This document shows positions 53,885-64,000 of a DNA stretch of 64,000 nt, piece by piece. How positions within the stretch are numbered: position 1 is the stretch's first letter; every line of letters starts with the position of its first letter. Source of the stretch: Carcharhinus longimanus (lineage: Eukaryota); assembly GCA_030264375.1 (NCBI GenBank), contig JASCQW010000160.1:16564934-16628933 (forward strand), read 5' to 3'. A program made the position numbers and the translations under genes. Below the pieces are notes generated by a model. That model was given only the letters and a program-made list of their open reading frames with translations, ran no database searches and had not been told where the DNA came from.

Positions 53885-54090
53885 TTCTACAATCCCTACA
53901 GTGCAGAAAGAGGCCTTTCGGCCCATCGAACCTACACTGACAACAATCCCACTGCGTCCTAAACCTGGTACTCCACATATTTACGCTGCGAATCCGCTTG
54001 ACACAAAGGGGCAATTTAGCATGGCCAATGCACTGAGTCCCTGGCACTAAGAGACAGCAGTGGCCAGCCACTGTGCCACTGTGCCACACC
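53885..54090 (-). mobile_element. Internally deleted HE1 SINE
   Basis: HE1 tail and tRNA head joined, with the V-domain missing. Confidence 0.75.
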
Positions 54091-54600
54091 TAGAGTGAAC
54101 CAGATGGGTTTTTATGACAATCAACAGTGGTTTCACGGTCATCCGTAATTCCGATTTTTATTGAATTTATATTTCTCAATCTGCCATGCGGGGATTCTTG
54201 TCCTGGCTCTCTGGGTTACCAGCCTAGTGACAATACCACGATGTCACTGCCTCCCTTGTCCGTAGGGAGGGCAACTCCTATATCTTTATGGTTTTTGGGA
54301 GCATGCTGTGCATAAATAGGCTGCTGTGTTTCCTTCAGCGACTGAGTTTGTTAAGTACTCCATTGCATGTAAATAAAAAGGAGGCTGTAAAAGGTGCTAT
54401 GTTAATGCAAATCTTTCTTTTCATATCATGGAGGGTGTCACAATGGTGTCCAGTCGCATTCCTATCTGGCAGTAACTTCCCGGTTGTTGGATAGCAATCA
54501 GGGGCAGGACACCAACTATCCCCCCCCCCCACCTCAGCCCACTGCCCTTCCACAGCCTAACTTAACACAGCAGAGCTGAGAAATACTCTCGGAATTATAC

Positions 54601-56430
54601 AGTCATAGAGGTTTACAGCATGGAAACAGGCCCTTCGGCCCAACTTGTCCATTATGCCCTTTTTTTGAAACTCCTAAGCTAATCCCAGTTGCCTGCATTT
54701 GGCCCATATCCCTCTATACCCATTGTACCCATGTCACTATCTAAATGCTTTTTAAAAGATAAAATTGAATCCACCTCTGCTACTACCTCTAGCAGCTTGT
54801 TCCAGACACTCACCACCCTCTGAAAAAATTGTCCCCAGACACTCTTGTATTTCTCCCGTCTCACCTTAAACCTATGCCCTCTAGTTTTAGACTCCCTATC
54901 TTTGGGAAAAGATAGACTATCTATCTTATCTGTGTCCCTCATTATTTTATAAACCTCTAAGGTAATCCCTCAGCCTCCTACGCCCCAGAGAAAAAAGTCC
55001 CGGTCTATTTAGCCTTTCCTTATAAGTCAATCAAGTCTCAGTAGCTTCCTAGGAAATCTTTTCTGCACTCTTTCTAGTTTAATAGTACCCTTTCTATAAT
55101 AGGGTGACCAGAATTGCACACAGTATTCCAAATATGGCCTTACCAACGTCTTGTACAACTTCAACAAGACATCCCAACTCGTGTATTCTATGTTCTGATC
55201 GATGAAACCAAGCATGCTGAATGCCTTCTTCACCACTGTCCACCTGTGGCTCCACTTTCAAGGAGCTATGAACATGTACCCCTAGATCTTTGTCCTGTAA
55301 CTCTCCCCAGCATCCTAGCATTAACTGAGTAAGTCCAGCCCTAATTCAATGCATCACCTCGCGTTTATCTAAATTAAACTCCATCTGCCATTCGTCAGCC
55401 CACTGACCCAATTGATCAAGATCCCGTTGCAATTGGAGATAACCTTCTTCACTGTCCACTATGCCACCAATCTTAGTATCATCTGCAACTTACTAAACAT
55501 GCCTCCCATATTCTCATCCAAATCATTAATATAAATGATAAGTAACAACAGTGGACCCAGCACCAATCCCTGAGGCACACTGCTGGTCACAGTTCTGCAG
55601 TTTGAAAAACAACCTTCTAAAACCACTCTCTGGCTTCTGTTATCAAGCCAATTTTATGTCCATTTTTAGCTACCTCACCCTGGATCCCACGAGATTTAAC
55701 CTTATGTGACAACCTACCATGCAGTACTTTGTCAAAGGCCTTGCTAAAGTCCATGTAGACAACATCAACTGCACTGTCCTCATCTACCTTCTTAGTTACC
55801 CCTTCAAAAAACTCAATCAAATTTGTGAGATATGATTTTCCACTCACAAAGCCATGCTGATTGTCCCTGATCAGTCCTTGCATCTCTAAATGCCTGTAGA
55901 TCCTGTCTTTTGAAATACCTTCCACAGGTATTACTTACCCACCACAGATGTGAGTCTCACCAGCCTGTAGTTCCCGAGCTTTTCCCTGCAGCTTTTTTTA
56001 AACAAATGCAGAACATTTGCCACCCTCCAATCTTCAGGCACTTTACCTGTGGCTGTCAATGATAGCAGTATCTCTGCTAGAGGACCTGCAATTTCCTCCC
56101 TAGCCTTCCACAATGTCCTGGGATACACTTCATCAGGTCCTGGGGATTTATCTACCTTGATGACCTTAAGACTTCCAGCACCTCCACCTCTGTAATATGT
56201 ATACTGCTCAAGACATCACTATTTATTCCCCCAAGTTCCCTAACGTCCATGCTTTTCTCAACAATAAATACTGATGAGAAATGTTCATTTAGGATCTCAC
56301 CCATTTTCCCTTTGTCTATTTGTCGAAGCTCTTTGGATTCTCCTTTGCCTTATCTGCCAAAACAATCTTGGGTCCCCTTTTTACCCTCCTGATTTCTCTC
56401 TTAACTCTACTCCTACACCCCCTATACTCT
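54601..56430 (-). mobile_element. CR1/HER1-type LINE, 5'-truncated (copy B)
   Basis: Frameshifted ORF2 pieces VPEDWRVANV, QHGFVSGKS, DVVYMDFSKAFDKV, LYKTLVRPYLEYCVQFWSP, SKTRGHRFKV. Confidence 0.95.
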
Positions 56431-56699
56431 TCTTGTATACATCTTCCGTACTTTCTGGTCCAATTCCATCTTTTCTATAATGAAGTGACTAGAACATCAC
56501 ACAGTACTAATGTTGTGACCTCACATTTTACATAGCTCCAGCATAAACTTCCTGTCCTTGTATTTTATGCCTCTGCTAATAAAGGAAAGTATTCCATATG
56601 CCTTCTTAATTTCCTTATCAGCCTGTCCCCTACCTTCAGGGATTTATGGACATGCATTATAAGGTCCCTTACTTCTTCTACACCTCTTAGTATTAATCA

Positions 56700-57000
56700 A
56701 TTTGCCTATAGATGGTCCAGGTAGTTTCAAATAAGTTTTGCATTTCATGCCGATCAGCATGTTGTTGGATCTCTTGAGCCTTTTCTTCCTACCACATGAT
56801 CTTTATCCTTCTGATTTGTCTTTGGACGCCAGCCTTGGACTGTTGGAATATTGCCTTCTTGACTTGCATCATTGGGTTCTTATGCCAGGCAATGAAGGCT
56901 ACTCATTTTTATCCTAGGATCAAGAGATACAGACATCACCTCGATCTTTGACCCAAGCAATGACACACTCCACGAGGTGCCAATACTTTCATTTAGGATG
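56700..57000 (-). mobile_element. RTE LINE upstream fragment, probably the 5' part of 50520-52235
   Basis: Minus translation AFIAWHKNP...KAGVQRQIRRIKIMW*EEKAQEIQQHAD...TIY, typical of the RTE endonuclease-RT linker. Confidence 0.75.
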
Positions 57001-58804
57001 CTTCCATGTGGTTTCGCATTTGTCCTTCTAACAGAAGGATGTACATTATAATGAGGTCATGATGAGCAAACCTTGTCAGCAGAAGTATGGCTTTTCCCAT
57101 CCATTTTTACCAATGTTCTGTTATGGACATCAAACACATGGCCAACATAGGCTTAAGTGGCCCAGAAGATATTTTTCTTATTTTGAATGGCAGCGAGGAC
57201 TTAGACAAGACATTGAACTTTTCGTTCACAATTTATTCAGAATCAAGGTTCAGGGTACAGGCATCAATGACAGTGGTATATTTTTATGACTGAGATTTAG
57301 ATGAAGTGTCATGGCATTTGTGCAATTTGGGAGTTCTGGCTATGAATACAAGATTCCATTCAAGAAGGCAAAACCAACTCATTGGGCATGAGATGTAGCC
57401 CCTACTTGCGCCTTAAGCTGCCCCTCCCCAGAAAGGCACTGAGGGCTGTGATATAAATTTGGAGTGTCTATGGCTCACATTATACAATTGTAGTTCTTTC
57501 TGGACAGTCACTCGAGGTTATTCATAATTGTTCAAACAGTCTAGGTTGCAAAATGCAATGATTTCTTTTTTTGACCACAAGGTTAGTGACGCTGCTGAAT
57601 GTAGTTCCCCAACCAGGCAACCTATTTTTATATCAACTTTTTCTATACAGCTTCCCATCTGGGATGAGCAGTGTCCTAAAGCAGATATCTCAGCTACAAA
57701 TGCTGCAGCCTTAAGACACCCCTGTTCCACAGATTTCCAATGACTTTGTTGCCTGGATGCAGATTCTTGACAAAAGACTCCTAAGTTCACAGCCTTGTCC
57801 CATCATCGATCCCAACAGAACTGGGAACTGTACCCTGGTTGAAGCCAGCACATAACTTTGTTTAACGTTGGGATCTTGGGGTGCCATCATTGTCCACATC
57901 ATCTTGATGGGTTGGTGATCAGATTCTAATGATGTATCTGGGACCACGTTGTCACTGCACCTTTTCCACCTCCACAGCTGGTCAGGTACAGTATTCCTTG
58001 GATTGAAAGTAGCCATATGTTTCCTTTTGTACAGGTATTGAAGTGGTTTTGTCACAAGTCACCTGTGCAGAGCTTTCCCTGCCAATGGAACATAAACTAA
58101 ACTGAAATTCCTACACTTCCAGAATTCAGCAACAGCTTATAAACAAATACATTTCTGAAAAGCTTGAAGGGCTTATTTTCCTCTGCTGGAGTAAGGGCTG
58201 AGGTATATGCAGTACAGTAAGCAAACTAAATTGCTCCATTATCTGTGTAGCTTCAGGTACTTTACCAAGCAGTGGCCACGGTTTTTTGCCAAATCTTTTA
58301 CTTTGTGTCACTGACAATATCTAGAAACCATCGAGTGGATTTCTTAGAAATCAAAGACAACGTCACATCTATGTCATGCAACAATCCCAGTGTGAGCAAC
58401 TTTGTTGGTGATAAGCCTGTATTCAAATGCGCAGCAACCCTGGTTTTCCAATGGAATAGGGAGAACTTTCCAACTTTATGGAATGGGAACAGCGCAGACG
58501 GCAACGTTCATTATTTTCATGCTTCATTATCAGAAATATCTGTTATTAGACTATCCACTGTCTAAACAATACAACAAAATGCATTCTAAATCTATGCTTG
58601 TTCTTTAAGTTGATGGGATTTCACAAAACTATTATACGTGACTTGTGGATCATTTATTACTTTATATTTAACTGTAATGATGGATCTGTCAGATTAAATG
58701 AGTCTTAGAGCATCTGCAGGTGAGACAGGCAGATGCAGGGGGAGTCTGGGAGTACAAGGGAAATCTCCAGCAAGGCCAGGGACGTGAAGGTCAACCCCGC
58801 GAAA

Positions 58805-58900
58805 AGAAAAAATGCTGGAAAATCCTAGCAGGTCTGGGAGCATCTGTAAGGAGAGAAAGAAGCTGATGTTTTGAGTCCATACGACCCTTTATCAAAGCTA
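58805..58900. mobile_element. Penelope-like terminal repeat, second family (other copies ~34060-34140, ~40985-41075)
   Basis: aaaatgctggaaaatcctagcaggtctgggagcatctgt...gaccctttatcaaagct recurs three times; degenerate hammerhead-like core on the opposite strand. Confidence 0.6.
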
Positions 58901-58909
58901 GATATTTAG

Positions 58910-59108
58910 GTAAAGTCACCATAGTCCCAGATAACAATAGGCTGGCTGGTGTGATTAAACCTGAGGGTCACCACACCTCAAGCAAGGAACAAGATTGGAA
59001 AAGTGAGCCTTCATGAATAACGTCAGCCGGTAAGTGAATTAAATCTACCTTGTTGGTATTGCTCTGCATCACGAACCAGCTGTCCAGCCAACTGAGCTGA
59101 CCAGCCCT
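58910..59108 (-). mobile_element. tRNA-derived SINE
   Basis: Minus-strand head tcagctcagttggctggacagctgg; tail gactatggtgactttacct. Confidence 0.6.
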
Positions 59109-60363
59109 CCACCTGATATCTACGCCACGATAAAAGTAGAACAGATGCAATGGTCCCTTTGCCTAGATGATACATTCCTTGGGAGTATAAATGGTATTCT
59201 GTTGGAAACTGACTCAAACCAAATAGTCATAAAATACTTTCCTCGAAGTCACAAACATTCAGATGTACCACCACGCTTAGGATAGCTATGATCAGGTGCT
59301 ACAGTCCTACTACAGTTCTGGTGAAGGGATAGTGCAAGCAACATGAACATTTAAACAGATTATACAGAAAGGACAGCAATAGAAAATAAAATGCATGAAG
59401 GTTGGGATATCTGAGAATGTAGATCAGGACAAGGTAGGGAATTATTCATCTGAGGAACTTGGGAAATTTCTCGATTTTCAGCCCATTCCTTGCTAACGAA
59501 ACAAAACATTTATTGTTGTCTCATAGGAAACAAAAACCCCCAACTACAGGGGACCCAACCGTAGCAAGATAAATACAACATTTGTGATAAAGCACAATAT
59601 GATCAAATGTCACATAACCACACCTCCAAGAGCATATCATCAACATTTGGCAAGTTTATTACTAAATAAAACGGGCAATCATTAAACATCCAGTAGGTTT
59701 CTACTACTGTATTAATGCAGTGGTACTGTTTGATAAAAATTGGTCCCAAATGATTTTACAGGGGGAAAACCTCCAGGTTCCAACATGCATTTACATTCAT
59801 AAAACTAGGGGCGGTAGCAGGAGTGTCTATATAACCTAAATGCAAAATTCAGGAACGGAAAAATTATAATTTCTCTGCACTGCTAGTCTCAAGTCACTTC
59901 CGTGCAATACACACACAGTTCCTAATTGGACAGTACTTCAGCAGATCGTTACACTTCAAAAGGAGATTGGATAGACTACAACATGTAATGTCACATTCAA
60001 TCTGTACCAGTGCGAAGTTTTATCAGGGTCTTGTTGTAAACGTGTACCGAGTTTTAACTTCAGTCAAGTATACGGCAACAATCATGTTCATAAAACTGCA
60101 AGCCGATCGTTTGACAGCATTCAGAACCTGCAACAAAGTGAAACTGCACTTTGCCCTTAATAATGTCGTTTTCTGATTTAGCTGGTCGGTTAAAAGGATT
60201 TGCACTGATAAAAGCCGATAATAGTCTGCAGCTTTAATGCTAACAATGGGAAACTATTAGTGATTTCCTACTTTAGTCTCCCAGACAAAAATAGGCCGAT
60301 TGAGTTATCTCGGAATGTGCTCTGTAGCTTGACTAAGCTGCGGATGCTGCTGCTTCTACTCAC

Positions 60364-60386
60364 CAGGCAAGCTTGAAGCCTTTCAT
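60364..60386 (-). CDS. GRAMD1B: GRAMD1B (Aster-B) first coding exon, MKGFKLA+TG, phase-2 donor
   Basis: The minus strand reads ATG AAA GGC TTC AAG CTT GCC TG|GTGAGT. This matches the recalled human Aster-B start MKGFKLSC(TASNSNRST), with a strong donor in a CpG-enriched context. Only 8 codons support the identity. Confidence 0.85.
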
Positions 60387-60900
60387 CAGTGCAGTACACA
60401 GTATCCGATATCCATAGCCTCTTTTCCCCAGTCACCAGGATGAACTCGCCACGACATGCTAGCATGCAACGGCGAGGGTTCATTCACAAATGTAGCAGAG
60501 CTTCCAAATCTGTACTCTGGAGACAAGTGCCTCACCTTCACTTGACACTCCAGTGCTAGCAACACTTCTGCGCCGACCAACGCTCACACAGTCTGCAGCT
60601 CCAAACTCTGCCACTAACATTCCACAGCGAGCACGGATGACTGAAGCAAACTAACATTTGCCAGTGGCTACAGTAAAGATGGACCCATGTTATCACAGTC
60701 TCCCATCTCCCTGATCTGAGAATGTCCGCAAATGAGTAAAGGATTAAAAGCACGGAGTGCAGCCATCCACAGCACACGTCACTAGAAATCACTGGTGGCA
60801 GCTGAGTGTAATCTCTTAATCAATGCAGAAAATGCTGCATGGAAGGGATCAGACGCGTTTCCCAGCCCCCACCTTAACTCACTGTAGATTTCAACTCTCC
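60387..60900 (-). promoter_or_regulatory. GRAMD1B: 5' UTR and putative promoter of the GRAMD1B MKGFK isoform
   Basis: Repeat-free, locally CpG-enriched segment directly upstream of the ATG, with a TGACGTG (CRE/ATF-like) motif on the minus strand near 60775-60781. The TSS cannot be placed from sequence. Confidence 0.55.
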
Positions 60901-62009
60901 TCTTGCTAAATGTGCATGGGAATAATGCACACACGAACCACCGTGCCATCAATTCTCAATAATTTAGGAAAGGAAAATTCATTCAATTTTATATCATTAC
61001 GACTCTTTTCATCGGAGAACATTAGAATCCTGTCCACGTAAGTATATTTTGACTGTTAACAGAATATATCCAACAACACTGAAATAAAGTCCCCACTGTA
61101 AGAACGTGTTTGAATGTAATTTCCGTATCAGATTACTTTTAATCACGTGTAAAATAAATGACAAGGGGTGAGAATAATTTCTGCTTCATATCTCAAAAAC
61201 ACGTACAAATGGGCAGATTTCCTCTCAAGGCTTGTACAATGTATTTGGGAGAACAGTAAAAAAAAACTTCAAAAGCTATCAGTGCTTCAGTTTAAATAAC
61301 TGAATAAATGTCAAGCTTCAGCTTACATTAAACCAATCCATTACCGATAATCTCTTGAACAACGGAGGGGGGGGGGGGTAAACATTATTGTGACATAATT
61401 GAATTAAAAATTTTGTGCATTGATATTTTTGAAATTGATCACTTTACCATTCCCTTAAGATTTATATAGCACCTGCAGTCTAATAAAATGTCCTAAGGAG
61501 CAGAATAAAATAATTTATGACACGAAGTTATGTAAGGAGGTATTCGGGCACGTCCGATTTAAAAATCAATAATTTTGGAACTGAATATTCCACTGCTTCA
61601 AGTGAGAGTTCACATCCTTAATCTTTCATGAACAAAGTTTCTAATTTTATTACATGTTGCTGTGGGGAAGTAATAACTGGAAGCTATGCATTTCCCAAAG
61701 AGAGAGTCATGTTTGGTCTGGTCTCAAGTAAAACAGTATTACTGATTCATAACGGCGTGGAATGGAGTGGTCGATGACAATATATAAATAAGCCACTGAT
61801 GTTTGCCACTGATGCCATTATCACTAAGTACAAGTAGGAAATGGGATTTTATTCAAACAAAGTAACGAATAGCCGATTGAAAAATTGAAAAAACAGTTTA
61901 TATTACTTCACAGTGGTACTGCATTTATTACACAAATGCATTTATTCAAAGGGTGATAGTTAACACATTTTGGAGCTACCTTGCAACCATATCATTCAAA
62001 TGGCATAAA

Positions 62010-63160
62010 GATGGTGGTTTATGGATTTCTAGCTAATGCTCTGGAGACATGGGTTTAAATCTCACCATAATAGCTTGTGGAATTTAAATTTGACGTCAGC
62101 ATCGTTGACTAGCACTTTTTGTCCATCTGTAACTGTTGTCCATTTCAGAGGACATTGGAGAGTCAACCACAATGTTTTACTTCTAGAGTCACAAGTAAGC
62201 CAGACCAGGTAAGGATGGCAGATTTCCTTCCTTACAGGGGACATTAATGAACCAGATTGTTTTTAATGACAATCGACAAAGGAAATCTACCATCCTTACC
62301 CTTGTCTGACTTGTGTGACTCCAGACCCACAACAATGTGGTTAATTCGCAACTGCTGTCTGAAATGGCCTAGTAAGCCAGTCAATTCAAAGGCAATTAAG
62401 GATAAGCAACAATTGCTGGCCTTGCCAGTGACACCCGCATCCCACTAAAGAACAAAAAACTAACATGGTTACATAAAACAAACAATGGTGATAGTACAAT
62501 GAACTGTTTGCCATTTAAAATCATTAAGCACAGGAGAACATTCAATTCATGAACTTCCACCTTTGAAAGAGCTGTTCAATAAGTCTCATTGTCCCTCCTC
62601 TTTCCCCATAACGCTGTAAAACTTTGTTTTCCAAGTATTTATCTAATTTCCTTTAGAGAGCTACTATTAAATCTACTTGCACCAACCTTTCACAATATCA
62701 GTTTGTTACTATCCTCTGATTCTTATGCAGATAAATCAGTATCTCCTGGGTACCAACTCTTATCAGTTCTCTCTTCAACCTTCAGCTGTAACCAAGACAA
62801 CTAGTATAGAATGAACTTCAGTCTAATCAATTCAGCCACAGATCAAACTACAGATAAAGAATGCCAGCGTAGTGGCTATTTTACTGGGCTAGTAATCCAG
62901 ATATGAGTTTAAATCCAACATCGCAGCTAGGGAATTTGATTCAATTAATAAATAAAGTATTAAAAAGTTACTATCAGTAGTAGGGGTACCTATAAAGTTA
63001 CCAAATTATCATAAAAACCCATTTGATTCACTAATCTGCCATTTTAATCCATAGCAATGTGGTTGGTTCTTAACTGCTTCCTGAAATTACCTAGTCAGCC
63101 ACTCAGTTAAAGGAATTAAATGCTGGCTTTGTCAGTAATGTTCATATCCTGTGAAGAACT
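62010..63160. mobile_element. Cluster of tRNA SINE copies (inverted composite 62010-62455; + copy ~62870-63160) with a CR1 remnant
   Basis: Same family as 15392-15750. Confidence 0.7.
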
Positions 63161-63809
63161 GAAAAAAAAATTCTGCTCTTCATCATCAAACAAAAGACAT
63201 TTTCAGGGATTATTTTCTAAAGTTCCTGCTTACATCCTAAGTTTCTTAGCTGAACTTATGCACCTTTACCTGACTGTGGGAAATTAAAAATGTTCTTTTG
63301 AGATAGGGGGAGAAAGTATGCAAGAAAATAACAGGGTATTGGCACAAAGTGGATAACCCATACATTATAGCTTGAACTGTCTTCTACATAAACAGAAGAC
63401 ATTACAATAAAATTGGTTTCTAAAAGTAGAATGAAATGTTTAATTTTCCAAAACTGAAATCAATAAAAATAATCATCTAAAAATAATATACATTACATAC
63501 GGCATAGAAAACGTTGTTAGCAGTATGTCTATCACACACAAAGGTATTGCACTGTATAGTGCATTTTCTAGTTGTTTAATTATCATATCCACAAATCAGA
63601 AAATACAACATAAAACTATAAACATGCTACTCCAGATTATTTCCCAGTTTTAAGTATAATTAGTAGCCATAAAGACACAGTGGCACTTTAGAAATATCCC
63701 AATTTGTTGAAAACCCTGAAAGCTCAGTATGCAACAACCAGCATAATAATAATATTTCCCTATTTATAATTCAGGTTTTGTGTTGCATGGCATTTTTACA
63801 CTACCTTTA

Positions 63810-64000
63810 TTGCAGTGTGAATGTAAGCCTACTTGTGACTAATAAATAAACTTTAACATTGCTTTTTCACTGTTTTCAACTTGCTATGAAGAACAACATG
63901 ATTTGTTAATATAGATTTATTGAAGTTTAAAGTTTATTTATTAGGGTCACAAGTAGGCTTATACTAACACTGCAAAAAGTTACTGTGAAAATCCCCTTAT
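63810..64000. mobile_element. Two V-SINE-type tails, tail-to-tail
   Basis: 63810-63856 (+) and 63927-64000 (-) match the tails of 7473-7772 and 1246-1520. Confidence 0.8.

Noticed and set aside
59800-61400. LXR response element (DR4), expected because mammalian GRAMD1B is an LXR target
   Set aside because: No convincing AGGTCA-N4-AGGTCA-like site was seen by eye; a PWM scan is needed.
1-64000. Prokaryotic-type systems (CRISPR array, operon, defence island)
   Set aside because: The DNA is vertebrate intronic sequence with no regularly spaced repeat-spacer array and no long intact ORFs.

Overview
Eukaryotic, AT-rich, repeat-dense vertebrate DNA. The repeat families (HE1/V-SINEs, DeuSINEs, CR1/HER1-type, RTE and L2 LINEs, Penelope-like fragments, GC-rich Harbinger-like MITEs) point to a shark genome, probably a draft assembly (7 N-gaps). 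The window appears to lie almost entirely in the 5' intron region of GRAMD1B (Aster-B) on the minus strand. A CpG-enriched first exon encodes MKGFKLA(C) and ends in a phase-2 donor at 60364, matching my recollection of the human Aster-B N-terminus MKGFKLSC-TASNSN. The shared next exon was not found here and should lie left of position 1. A second phase-2-compatible candidate first exon lies at 4242-4393. Nearly all ORF-track entries are chance ORFs or decayed LINE fragments. I found no convincing new multi-gene system. The best leads are: a structured, uORF-rich GRAMD1B leader; a candidate hydrophobic alternative N-terminus; minimal hammerhead-ribozyme motifs in Penelope-like fragments; a perfect 38-bp inverted duplication; a 92-bp dispersed direct repeat; and multi-level nested TE insertions with traceable junctions. 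Repeat-family names are from pattern recognition, not database searches, and repeat boundaries are approximate.
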